This document shows positions 12,810-24,779 of a DNA stretch of 64,000 bases, one piece after another. The notes under the pieces are model-generated. The model was not told the DNA's origin. It was given only the letters and a program-made list of their open reading frames with translations, and made no database searches. The stretch lies in assembly GCF_009914755.1 (NCBI RefSeq), contig NC_060931.1; one strand, 5' to 3'. Made by a program: the position numbers and the translations under genes. Source of the stretch: the human T2T-CHM13v2.0 reference genome, Homo sapiens. Within the stretch, counting starts at the first letter, position 1; every line of letters starts with the position of its first letter.

Positions 12810-13783
12810 TAGTAGTTTCCCTTTACACACAGAGGATATTTTCTAAGACTCCCAGGGGATGTCTAAAACCTCAGATAGTGCTGAAACCTATATGTATTAC
12901 ACACACATTTCTTTTTTCTTCTTCACAATTGCATTGATAGAAGATTTCATTCTTAGCATAGATCTTAGCAGCCTCAGTATAATTTTTTTTCTTTCTTTAT
13001 TAAGTCAAGAACTTTCGTCTTTTTACTTAAAAGAAGTACTTTGTGGCTTCTCTTTGGCATATGTGAATTGCCAACATCTCCATTCTTTTGCTTTGGAACC
13101 ATTGTTAAGTAATATAAAGGTACTTAATTGCAAGCACTGTGATACTTCAACAGTCAATCTGATAAACGAGGTGGCTATTAAGTGACAGGTGGGTAGTAAG
13201 TAGAACCAGTACAGTGCGGATAATGCTGGACAAAGAGATGATTCACATCCTAGGTGGAATAGAGCAGTGATATGGTTGGCTGTGTCCCCACCCAAATCTC
13301 ATCTTGAATCATAGATCCCATAACCCCCATGTGTCATGGGAGGGACCCTCGGGGAGGTAATTGCATTATGGGGATGAGTTTTTCTCATGATAGTAAATAA
13401 GTCTCACGAGATGTGATGATTTTATAATGGGCAGTTCCCCTGCACACACTTTCTTGTCTGCCACCACGTAAGATGTGCCTTTGCTCCTCCTTTGCCTTCC
13501 ACCATGACTATGAGGCCTCCTCAACCATGTGGAACTGTGAGTCCATTAAACTTCTCTTTCCTTTATAAATTACCCAGTTTGGGGTATGTCTTTATTAGCG
13601 GCCTGAGGACAGACTAATACAAGCAGGATGGCATGAGATTTCATCACATTCTCAGAATGGTGTGCAATTTAAAACTTATAATTGTTGATTTCTGGAATTT
13701 TCCACTTAATATTTTCAGACCACAGTTGGCTATGGGTAATTAAAACCACAGAAAGTGAAACTGACAATAAGGGAGTACTATTG
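12810..13783 (-). mobile_element. MER44B-like (Tigger7-derived) DNA transposon, split by a THE1 LTR
   Basis: TIR-like ends tagtagtttccctt / taagggagtactattg; internal cttagcagcctcagtata...ttattaagtcaagaactt matches the recalled MER44 sequence. Confidence 0.85.
13268..13621 (+). mobile_element. THE1 (ERVL-MaLR) solo LTR
   Basis: TGATATGG...CTAATACA with perfect 5-bp TSD AGCAG. Confidence 0.95.
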
Positions 13784-14201
13784 TACTCTTATATTCTTCA
13801 GACCTCTAGAGTTTATCTCTCTGTAATCCTCTTCTCTCCAGTATTTTATTCTGTTAACTAAAGCCATCTTGGTCTTCCTGGATTTTTATTCAACTTCTCA
13901 ACTCAGAGAGTCACTGAGATGTGCCTATGTCACTCCTCTCTATGCTGTCTGGAAGTACTCTCAATGGCTATGGGTAATTGAAACCACAGAAAGTGAAACT
14001 GCTAGTAAGGGAGTACTACTGTACTCTTATATTCTTCAGAACTCTAGAGTTTATCTCTCTGTAATCCTCTTCTCTCCAGTATTTTTCCTGTTAACTAAAG
14101 CCATCTTGGTCTTCTTGGATTTTTATCCAACTTCTTAACTCAGAGAGTCACTGAGACGTGCCTATGTCACTCCTCTCTATGCTGCCTGGAAGTCCTCTCA
14201 A
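13727..14201. repeat. Tandem duplication, 2 x ~238 bp
   Basis: Copies 13727-13964 and 13965-14201 both run tggctatgggtaatt...ctctcaa. Confidence 0.95.
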
Positions 14202-15614
14202 GGCAGTAAGCTGAGACAATCGTAGGGCTCATTTCATTTATTTCCTGGCTCCCAAAGATCACTGTTCTCCATTTCCTGATGTCTGGTATCTTAAAAAGCA
14301 CTCTTCCACATATGCTGTCTGGGGTTTTGGGTTGTTTCAGGTGGGAGGGTAAATCCAGTTCTTGTTACTTATCTTTGGCAAAAGAAGACATTCATAGACT
14401 GTCTTGCCGACCCTTTCCACTCTTCATAACTCACTTTTCAGTTTCATGAGACCATCCATAAACATTCCAGTTACCAGGATATTCAATAAAGGAGAAACTC
14501 CTGCTGAATTCCCTCCCTAAGACTTGGTTTATAACCACGCAGGGCCTAATCATAATCTGTTGTTTGAGAGGCACAAAAGATGGCTATCTCTTATTTCTCT
14601 GTTAATGTGATCAAGTAAAGTTAACGGCAAGTTTGTATTTCTGGATAGCTATAATAAATTATGGCAAGTCCATGAGGCTATGTTATTACAAACATGACTA
14701 AAAATGCACTGAAAAGAGTATATTTGTGTGGTAACCCACAAATCTTCCGATGCCAATGGAAAAGTTTAAAGATGATTAGAATCTTGGCTCAGAGACCTGG
14801 ATCTTTTTATGTCAATACATTTCTCCCTAGGGGTAAGTAAGGTACTTTCAAAGGACATCCATTCTTTGAAGTCAGTTAGAAAATTACTGCTGCAAGGTAT
14901 GAAATAGTACTGCAGTAGACTTACAGAGATAATGTACAGCTGCAATGTGTTCATTATGCCAGGATGTAATTTACCTTTCAGCACATACTACTTCCCCCTG
15001 TGCATGCCCTGGCTCATGGGAGTTTGGGAATAGCCAACTGTGATTCAGTTTCCACTGGGTTTCTCTCTCAATGTTCACATTGGGCATGAATTGTACCCAG
15101 ATACTCCCTCTCAAATATTAAAGAGAACTAGTCACCAATGGTTCCCAGGGATTGGTCTAGGGGTAGGGACATTAAAAATTGTTAAATTGACTCCCACTCA
15201 TTACCTGACATAATAGGATCCAAAAAGAAATGTTCAAAAATGTATCCAGTTTTTTCTACATAGTTTTAAAAACAATCAATATATCTCCTGATCTACATAT
15301 TTCCTTTTTAAATTTTTCTGAAGTAGAGAGCTTTAATGACCAAAAAGAAAAGGATAGGTGGGACTCATCAAATTGCTTTCCACTTCCTGCCACCAAGAAT
15401 TAGCTTTAGTCCTGTTAAAGGTTTTGGACTAAAATAGTGCAAGTCACTGAAGCTCAATGCTCTAAGTTCTATTGATACCAAAGCAGTAATGATGTCATAT
15501 TAGTCCATCAATGAATATAAAATGCAAAGTTGTTCATGATTATGTTTGTGTGCAAACTTCCAAGTATACAGACACACCAGGACCTACTTGAGGAAGTGGA
15601 AGAACAGGCTATGG

Positions 15615-15654
15615 AGGGAAACAGAGACAGACATTAAAAAATGTCTCTTTTATT
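15615..15654 (-). terminator. Candidate intronic polyadenylation signal (AATAAA plus U/GU-rich downstream element)
   Basis: Minus strand reads AATAAA (15654-15649) agagaca ttttttaa tgtctgtctctgtttccc; UGUA about 60 nt upstream. Confidence 0.5.
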
Positions 15655-17390
15655 TATAGCAGTCTGCTTACTGCCCCATGAGATCCAGAATCCTGCTCAT
15701 TAAACAATCAAACTTTACACTTATTTGCACAATAGAACATAAAATCTATTTTATCACTTCCCCCCTCCCCCCAAAAAAACCTGTTTAATTCTTTTAAATA
15801 CTTGGGTATGATTCAGTTACAAAGGGCGCAGTTAAAAAGGCTTTATGAAGGTGATAAAATATAATCCACAATGCCCACATGACATCATTATAGCAGATGT
15901 TTGTACCACAATATACAAATGCAACAAGATTCAAAATGGCATACGAAAAATTTGGGACTTGATTTATTCTGGGCTTTTATGCTATAGAAATTTAACAGGA
16001 AGCTGTGGGCCAATAGTTGGATACAGGATGGAGAAAGTGTCTGGGTTCTGGGTTTGAAGTTGACAGCGTTCCTCCACTGTACATTTTCTGGCTTTGGTTG
16101 CCTTGATTTGGTATTGATGGCTGGCAAAGAGCCTCTGGTATTTAAACAAACCTTACCTATAATAGAGTCTGGCTCAGAGACTGTCATTCTAAATTCTATT
16201 TTGTTCTGTGTAATTTACTTCTTAGTCACAATTATTCAAGAAGGGTACACTCATTAGGTAAGTGATTTCCATTTGCATAAGCACATTGGTAAAAAAAAAA
16301 AAATTGCAGGTATGTGTTCCCCAGGTATTATGTAATAAGACACCTGGAGTTAATTATTTGCATTGTCTTTTTAGAAAAAGTTTGAGAACGGTTTTCATGC
16401 ATGCAAGCAAAGACAGCATGTCATAACAGCTTAGGGCTGAAAGCTAAAGGGGCTGCTTCCTTTATAATAGATGTGCAAAGAATTACGTTCCAATTTATTC
16501 TTACTCTTCCACCTGGTTACCCAGCATTTGTTCTTCAAAGGTATTCTAACCAAATGATTCAAAGAAGAGTTTAGCATCAAATATGATGTCTCCAGGGAGG
16601 TATGATTTAGAGAGTCTGGGATTCTCTCAAAAACCACTCCGTGGAAACTTTAATTTTTAGCTTAATATGATGTCTGTGTATGAGGGGATAACTAGTAATG
16701 AACCTGTGTGATAGCTGAAACAATGAAGTTTATGTAAAAGGCCAGGGCAGGTGTTTCAATCTTATAGTTCAAAGTGTGAAGGGTAATATAATTTGAACTT
16801 TCAGGTTTTAGAAACAGTAAAATGTTGTTAATCTTGCGTTTTGCATTGTCATTGCCTTTAGGACTTGTTCTTGCTGGCAAAACTGTATTTTACAACCATA
16901 TATGCTGCCTCCCAACATTAGCACTATAAAGACCCCTGTTTTTGTTTTTGTTTTAAACAAAAATAAGAACTAGTTCAAGGAAAAAAAACATGAAAACATA
17001 AAACATGGAACATTTCTTATTTATGCTGCATGATTCCCCATCAAAAAACTTATAAATACATTAGCAGTATATGATACTCCATTCTAGCTGTCTGATCAGC
17101 AAGTCTAAAATAAACTTTTTATGATGTTTAAGATGAAAAATGGCAAGTAGGAAAAGAAAGGGTATAGAAAACATTTGTGATGGAGAAAGTGGGGTGAAGG
17201 GGAAGAGATACAGCAATAATTTATAAATTATTGATAAAGGGATAATAGTACCCTTTAAATATAGTGAAGGGTTTTTTTCAGGATATAAGAATATATTCAC
17301 AACCACTATTTCAATTTTGGGTATGATTCTAACAAGCTTACATTAAACTGCACATTTTATGGAAAAATGTAATGAGAATAATACTCTTAC

Positions 17391-17468
17391 CATCTGTTTT
17401 CTTTGAATCATTTCCGATGTTAGAGTGATCCTTCTTGTCTGTCTTATTTTTACCATCTTTGAAGTCAC
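17391..17468 (-). CDS. PDE1C: PDE1C coding exon (78 nt, phase 1-1): GDFKDGKNKTDKKDHSNIGNDSKKTD, last exon shared before the alternative C-termini
   Basis: tttcag|GTGAC ... GATG|gtaaga; lies inside ORF 17338..17544. Confidence 0.96.
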
Positions 17469-17739
17469 CTGAAAGTAATAAACATGACAAACAGTATATG
17501 TATGCAGCTGAGGGGGTTGTTATAAACATCTTTAAGTCTGCCAAGTTTTGAAAAAGTGCAGCATAATTTTATAGTCATAAGAGTGTATGTGTCTGAGTGT
17601 AAATATCTTTTGTAATCACGTTAGGTCCTGGAAATTGGATTGTGATGCAGAAATTGAGGCTGAAAGTTCTTGTTAAACAGAGTTGTAGTTAAGTTATGTG
17701 CTTATCTTCTAAGAGAAGCAGTTAAGATTTACTGTTAAG

Positions 17740-17910
17740 CTGTGGAGTGAGGAGAAACCCGAGCTAACTGTAAGTTCTACCAATTAATAGCTATTTAACT
17801 TCTCTGTGCTTCAGTTTTCCTATCTGTAAAATGGGTATGTTAATACCTACCTTATAGGCATTTTGGATAAATTAGAAGGCATATCACTCAATACAGTTAT
17901 TATTATTCTA
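17740..17910 (+). mobile_element. MIR
   Basis: Core ttctctgtgcttcagttttcctatctgtaaaatggg. Confidence 0.75.
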
Positions 17911-18267
17911 AAACAGAGCTAGAAATGGTATTTTAATAAATGATCTTGTCAAAATGTAGTTTGTAAAAGTTGTAAAATGCTATTCTTAGAACACGTGTCA
18001 AAAATGTATTTAACCCACTTATGAGGGAATAGTAAGAGGATTCCAAGAGTACTGGAGCTGGGTATTGACAGGTATTTTAGAAACACGTGAAAATATATTT
18101 GCTAAGTTAGAGACAAAACTGGGTATATCCTACAGGGCAATAAAACCATAACGTTTGGGGTTATCTTCTCTCTCAGTCAAAAATCTATAAATTAGCATAT
18201 AACTTCACAGTACCTAGGCTTGAATCAAATAGTAAGTAAAGTTAAACACAGTCATGTTCTTCAAGAG

Positions 18268-18481
18268 TAGCATTCAGCAAATTAAGGCCCCTGGGTCAAT
18301 GGTGCCCACCATCGATTATGGCAAATACATTTTCTTGAAACATGGCCACACTTACTCATTTACCTATTGTCCTTGGCTGCTCTCATGCTGCAACAGCTGA
18401 GCTGAATAGTTGCAAAGAGACAGGCAAAGCCAGAAATATTTTCTCTCTGGTTCTTTACAGTATAACAGTGCTGCATCCCTA
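18268..18481. mobile_element. MER58A-like hAT-Charlie element
   Basis: catggccacacttactcatttacctattgtc...aatagttgcaaagagac...aaatattttctctctggttctttacag. Confidence 0.7.
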
Positions 18482-19377
18482 TCTAAAATAATTTAATAAT
18501 CCCTGGGCATGTGTGTTCAACAATATGCCAGTATTACATGAAAAGGTCAGGGGCCTCTTCACCCAGCCTTATTTTCAAGTGTTGGATATTTTCTTACCAG
18601 TCTTACTAATGGAAGCTTTCTTTTTAGCCTGCATAAAACCAAGAACACATTCTCACTCAAATACTGGTACTTATTGAAGCCAAAAGATCCCAATAATAAT
18701 TGGAGTGAGCTGGGCCTCCAGGGAATGTGTATGAGGGACAGGATTTACTCTTGTTTACTTTATTTGTGCCAGGCAGTATGCTAAATGCTTTGCATGCATC
18801 ATTTTATTAAATCTTCTAATAGCCCCATTATGAAGGGGCTACTATTATTGAAAGTAGACAACTTCATCAAAGATTCATTCACTAAATGTCCAATTTGTAA
18901 AATTTGCTGAATATCCCACTCACCAAATGATTGAGGATGTTTTCCAAATTTAAGTTTTTTTCTTGAGGTTCCTGCAGCCAGTTAGACAAACACAGGCCAT
19001 TCCATCTATGTTAAGGGGTATGGACTGCCCACACATACATTTCATACCCCACCCTGAACTCACATCTGCCACAACCATGCACCTGGATCTCCCTCTTGGC
19101 ATAACTGCCAAGCCCTCAACTATAGTATTTGCAACTTCTCTATGAAGTTCAAGTTTTAGATTTCAGACTTCTGTTTACTATTTCCATTTCTAAATGCCTT
19201 TGGCCTATGAATTTATAAAGAACTGATTATCTAAGCATGATTCAGGACTATTGGGGGCTGTAATATATTCTACAAACCACATACTTGCAATGGAATTTGA
19301 CAAATACTAAGCTAAGCTAGAAGTCAATAAACTCTTCAGGTTCCCTCTCATTCTTAATTCTGAAATGGGATGGACCG

Positions 19378-19738
19378 TGATATGGTTTGGCTGTGTCCCC
19401 ACCAAAATCTCATCTTTAATTTTACCTCCCATAATTCCCATGTGTTGTGGGAGGAACCCAGTGGAAGAGAATTGAATCATGGGGGCAGTTTCCCCCATAC
19501 TGTTCTTGTGGTAATGAATAAGTCTCACGAGGTCTGGTGGCTTCATAAGGAAAAACCGCTTTTGCTTGGTTCTCATTCTTTCTTGCCACCACCATGTAAG
19601 ATGTGCCTTTCACCTTCCACCATGATTGTGAAGCCTCCCCAGCCACGTGGAACTGTGAGTCCATTAAGCTTCTTTTCCTTTATAAATGACCCAGTCTTGG
19701 GTATGTCTTTATCAGCAGTGTGAAAACAGACTAATACA
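19378..19738 (+). mobile_element. THE1 solo LTR
   Basis: TGATATGGTTTGGCTGTGTCCCCACC...CAGACTAATACA. Confidence 0.95.
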
Positions 19739-20799
19739 CACTAGGTGGAAGAATTGAGGAGCAGGGGAGTCTACTCTGGCCAAGGTCCAAACAGGAGGAT
19801 TTTAAGTGCAGGACATGGTCATCACCTCTTCCACCACCAAAAGAGAAGAAATCCTTCAGAGGTCCCACAAAACAGTCCAAATACTGGCTTTTCCCTATTT
19901 TAATGAAGCCAGAGATGGACTCAAGGATCTTGAGCACTGTAGTCAAACTAGTTCCTTCTAGTTCATTCTTCCCTCAATGAGCCCCCACACTCTTAATGCA
20001 TGCTTTTTAAGCCCTCTAGGTTGCTCTGAACTGGAGCTTTACCCACAGCTACAGCAACACCAGGATGTCTTCTGGAAGTCGTGGAGATGGTTCCCTTTGC
20101 TGGTTGCTAACCAGCAGCCCATGATGGTTCCTGTTCTCAGCCAGGGATGGGGAGGCTGTGGGAGGAAGTCATCTCAACAGAGGGCAAAGATTAGAAGATC
20201 CTGTCACTGCCAGTGGGTGCCCAAACCTTGAAAACCCCTCCTTCACCAACAACCTTCAGCTCTAACTTGGAAGATATCCTGGGCACTCCACAAAGAAGGG
20301 GGCTGGGACAGTGACACATGCTTGTTTGATGATGTTGCCTGAGCAAAATCCATTAAGTAATTTCCCATGGGTTGTATCTGGAGTAATGGCTGACGTGAGC
20401 TGTTACTCAATAAACAAGGGGAAGTGAAAGAGACTTTCTGTGCAGTTATAAATCATTTTAATTAGGCTGCTGTAATATAGTCCCGAACCACCATTAGGCT
20501 TTCTTATTATTGCTCTAAACTGCTTTCTTTTCCCACCTCTCATTTACTGCTTACTTTTTAAGGGAAATGGTAGACTGTTGCTTATTTCAGGAAATAAGCA
20601 CAGTTGTGAAATCAAGCCAGCCTTGTTGAAGACTCAGGTTCCTGTTTTGTTTCTTTCAGGCTTTCCCCTTAACCAACTTCAAAATGAATTATTATTTCCA
20701 CATCTGCCCTCTCTGGGTCTTTGTTTCCCTATGGTAGAATTCATATCCTTCTTTGTGACTAGCTTATTTGCATTTATTGGTTTCTCCCACTGACTAGAC

Positions 20800-21122
20800 C
20801 TGGGGTTGGCAAACTATGGCCCATGGGTCAAACCTGGCCCTACTGCCTGGTTTTTCATGACCCACAAACTAAGAATGGCTTTTACATTTTTAAATGGTTA
20901 AAAGAAGACAAATATTTTATGACATATGATATTATGTAGAATTCAAATTTTAATTTCTATAAATAAAGTTTTATTGGAAAACAGGATAACTCATTTGTTT
21001 GTATATTATCTGTGGCTGCTTTAAAATGGCAATGTTGAGTAGTTGCAATAGAGACCTTATGTTCTGCAAAGCCTAAAATATTTACTATCTTGTCCCTTAT
21101 AGAAAAAGCATGCCAATCCCTG
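20800..21122. mobile_element. MER58B-like hAT-Charlie element
   Basis: TIRs ctggggttggcaaact / gcatgccaatccctg and characteristic internal sequence. Confidence 0.85.
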
Positions 21123-21249
21123 GAATAAGTATATTGTAAGCCTCTTATAAACAGCAGTTAAGTTTCCATATTTCTCTGATGGCCCCTCTCCCTGAAGGCA
21201 CCAAACCACAGGGACAAGCTGTTTACCTAACAGAGCATTGAGACTCACA

Positions 21250-21470
21250 CAGATCAGAGTTTAACCTGAGATCTCTACTTAATGGTTGCTTGACTTTACA
21301 CAAGTGATTTCACTTCTCTGAGACTCAGTATTCCCACCCACAACATGGGTATGAGTTTTTCTACCTCATAGAATTGTTAGAACTTTTACATGATTTAATG
21401 TAGATAGAATCTCAAGTACAATGTCTGATACATGTTAAGCATTCAATAAAATGGTGGTATTATTGTTATT
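21250..21470 (+). mobile_element. MIR
   Basis: caagtgatttcacttctctgagactcagt...ctacctcatagaattgtt. Confidence 0.7.
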
Positions 21471-22006
21471 GCTTTTACTAAGGGCAAGACATTTCTAACC
21501 CACTCTGTTAAAAGAAAAAGCAGAGGGAAGAAACACACCTTGCCTTTCTCACCACCCCTTACATGTTCCTCTTTTGAGAGGAGTGATTATTTATCTGGGA
21601 GGTAGGGTTGAGCATGCACAGCCCGGCCCAGCCACCCACATCCCAGACTGCTTTGAGATATGTTTTCTGTAAGACACACACCTTTTCTGTCACTCTAGAA
21701 GCAGCCTGCCAGGGTGCTGGGGTGGGGGAAAAGTCCTGTGCCTGGCTATACAGTGTCTGGTTGTGTAAATTCATTTCAGAGCAAAATGTAAAGAAGCCCA
21801 TGTATTCAGCAGACCAACTCTGTGTTTCCCAAGTTCCAGTTTTAGTGGAGCTGATGTCTTGATCATTGACTTTCTGATTTTGTTACCTATCTCTCAGTTG
21901 GTTCAGTCCTCAGAAGGGGTAGCAAGGAGGGGCCTGTACTGCCCTCTAAAACAGTAACAGGTACATAATAAATTTTTGTTTTAAAAAATTTTTGTATGAA
22001 CATATG

Positions 22007-22633
22007 TTTTTATTTTTTTTAATTTTTATTTCCATAGGTTTTTGGGGAAAAGATGGTGTTTGGTTATATAAGTAAGTTATTTAGTGGTGATTTGTGAGAT
22101 TTTGGTATAGCCATCACCTGAGCGGTATACGCTGAACCCAATTTGTAGTCTTTTATCCCTCACACCCCTCCCACCCTTTCCCCTGAGTCCCCAAAGTCCA
22201 CTGTATCATTCTTATATTTTTGCATCCTCATAGCTTAGTTCCCACTTATGTGTGAGAATATACAATGTTTGGTTTTCCATTCCTGAGTTAATTCACTTAG
22301 AATAATGGTCTCCAATTCCATCCAGGTTGCTGCAAATGCCATTATTTCATTCCTTTTTATGGCTGAATAGTATTCCATCGTGTGTGTGTGTGTGTGTATA
22401 CATATATATGTACACACACGCACGCGTGCATATATATGTACACACACACACACACACACATATATCACAATTTCTTTATCCATTCATGGATTGATGGGCA
22501 TTTGGGCTGGTTGCATATTTTTGCAATAGTGAATTGTGCTGCTATAAACATGTATGTGCAAGTATCTTTTTCATATGACTTCTTTTCCTCTGGGTAGATA
22601 CCCAGGAGTGGGATTGCTGGATCAAATGGTAGT
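22007..22633 (-). mobile_element. 5'-truncated L1 3' end (L1PB-like) containing a TG/CA microsatellite
   Basis: T-rich tail, L1PB-type 3'UTR, ORF2-end peptides LPFDPAIPLLGIYP and MEYYSAIKRNEIMAFAATWMELE. Confidence 0.9.
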
Positions 22634-24281
22634 TTGGGTACATGAAAAATTCTTATTAAATTCTTTATAACTTTTTTTTCCAGACTATAATGCACTTGAA
22701 TACAAAGCAAATGAATTAAGAGCAATCTCCAGAAGGGGGCAGGACGAGTCGGGACAATGGCCTTCTGTGCCTCCTAGGGTGGTCACCAGGATTAACTGAA
22801 GTAATTTTTGCAAGGTTCCTGGAATATGATATAAGCTATCATTATTATTACATGTGTTAAAATATTGTTCTCTGATTACATGTTATAAATGGTTAATTAT
22901 AAAAATAATTGGAGAACATCGTGCTAAGCACTTTCTACATGTAGAAATCATTGACCACGGCCCTGTGGCATAATAGCTAGAACACGGTTCTGAGTAGATT
23001 ACCTGGTCGCACCAGGCAGGCAAGAGAGTGAATATGTACAAAGAGAACTTAAAACAGCATCTAGTGTGCAGTCAATACATGCTATTTGTTGTTATTCTCT
23101 TCACTGTTTTTACTATCATGAGTATTACTGAAGGTTCCGTGAGGCCTGTGCTGTGAATAGGTATTACTATATACATTGTGTAGAAACAGTAGAAGGTTAA
23201 GTAGCCTGGCCAAGGACACTGAAAAGGGAGAAGCACAGCTTGACTTGAATCTAGGTCTGTTGACTGCTAAATTACCTTGCTATTCAGCCACAACCTGTCA
23301 ATTGCAAGCTCTGGAGACTCAGAACTTCCTGCCTGCCCCTAAACAAGGAAACCAAATCAAAGCCCTGTGTACTTGCTCATCTTGTTCTCTCCACTCAGAA
23401 GTATCTTTCGCCCATCTGACCAGCCAGCTTCAGCATTCAAAACCCCCTCTTGAAGCCTACTCTGACATTTACCCCATTTTATAATCCCCAGTCCCCAAAA
23501 AGCTAATGTGTTTTTCTCTGCACATGTTCCTCGGGCATTTTATCTGCCATGTCACTACTTTCACTTGCACATTTCACTAGAAATATTTGGAGGATGTCTC
23601 TATCACCTTTGATATTTTGGGCTTCTTGTGGCCTTTCCATTTCTAAATCCCTAGTGCTAAGCATGGTGCTTGGCACGTAGTTGTTAATCGATATTTGTTG
23701 CATTAAATATAAGAAATCAATAACTATATGCACACTATGGTGACCAGCTTACCCCAGTTTGCCTGGAGCTTTTCTGTTTTTAAAACAGAAAGCTCTGTGT
23801 CTCCCAGTCCCAGGTAAACTGAAACAGCTGGTCCCCCTAAAGTACACACTTGTACACACACAGATATACAGATATCTATTACAGGAAAAGGCTCAGGCAA
23901 ACCTGAGGTCTGGCCCTCATAGAGCGATGGTATATATGGGAAAATGACTTTCCATTTACCCACTTTACACTCAGGAATGTGCTGGGGTTGATCATGGTAA
24001 TTTCCCCCCAGCTGGCAGGCAGGCAGGCACTGGCTAGAGTCTCCAGGGCAGCTGGAAATGGCCAGAAAGGTATCAATCTCCCTGAAGAGGATGGCACAGG
24101 TGAGCTGGTAGCTGCTTCTGCTGGAATCCTGCAGCCCAATGAGGTGGGATCAGAAGGAACTGGGTGAGCAGGGAAGCCTTGCCCTGTGAGCTGACCCCAT
24201 CAGTAGGGTTGTTCACCAGTTTCCATTCATTATGTCATTAATGCCGCGAAAAGAGCCCTTCACCAGTGTAAGTCTACTCAC

Positions 24282-24512
24282 CATTCTGTTGCTGTTCTCC
24301 TGATGACTTCTCGGCTTTGGAATTTTTCCCACGAGGGTTGTCACTTTTGTTTGCCCGTGTTCCATTGACTTGATTCTTAGTTTCTCCAGACGTCTTTTTC
24401 TCAGCTTTGCCAGATGCGCCTTCTTCAGCCTGGCTTTTGGCTTCCATTTCCTTTTGCTGCTCCTCTGCGGCCAGGCGAGCCTTTTCCTCTGCTTCCTTCT
24501 TGGCCTTCTCCT
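24282..24512 (-). CDS. PDE1C: PDE1C coding exon (231 nt, phase 1-1): EEKAKKEAEEKARLAAEEQQKEME...SSGEQQQN, charged C-terminal tail
   Basis: atgcag|AGGAGAAG ... AATG|gtgagt; lies inside ORF 24274..24522. Confidence 0.96.
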
Positions 24513-24779
24513 CTGCATCCATGGCAAGTTGGGAAAGCCACAGAAAAGAGAAAAAGAGGTCATGCCGTTAGGAGAATGGCCTGTTTTAGTACACAAAGAG
24601 TATCTAAGGTGTTTACTGAGTGTTTGGGTACATTTTTGCTTAATTCATCAGATTGGCATGTATACTTAGGAAACGAATAAAATAGGTTCATAATGATGTC
24701 ATTCTGAAAACAGTTAGAGGAGAGGTCAGGGAGAAAATAATAAGGATAATAATTAATAAACCAATATTATAATTGTATT

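Larger units (their letters stand above)
8334..14390 (-). mobile_element. Old L1 (L1M-type), fragmented and internally inverted, hosting younger insertions
   Basis: ORF2-like peptide IYRFNTISIK..LILKFIWK..DFKTYYKAMVTKAAWYW (8836-9183), endonuclease-like (9800-10012) and ORF1-like (10917-11395) remnants. Confidence 0.85.

Noticed and set aside
15888-16092. In-frame extension ENVQWRNAVNF... from an AG near 16090
   Set aside because: The acceptor has no pyrimidine tract (aaggcaaccaaagccag), so it is much weaker than the 16545 site
24213-24680. Overlapping alternative-frame and antisense ORFs over the 231-nt exon
   Set aside because: Explained by the stop-poor composition of the E/K/A-rich exon; no independent support
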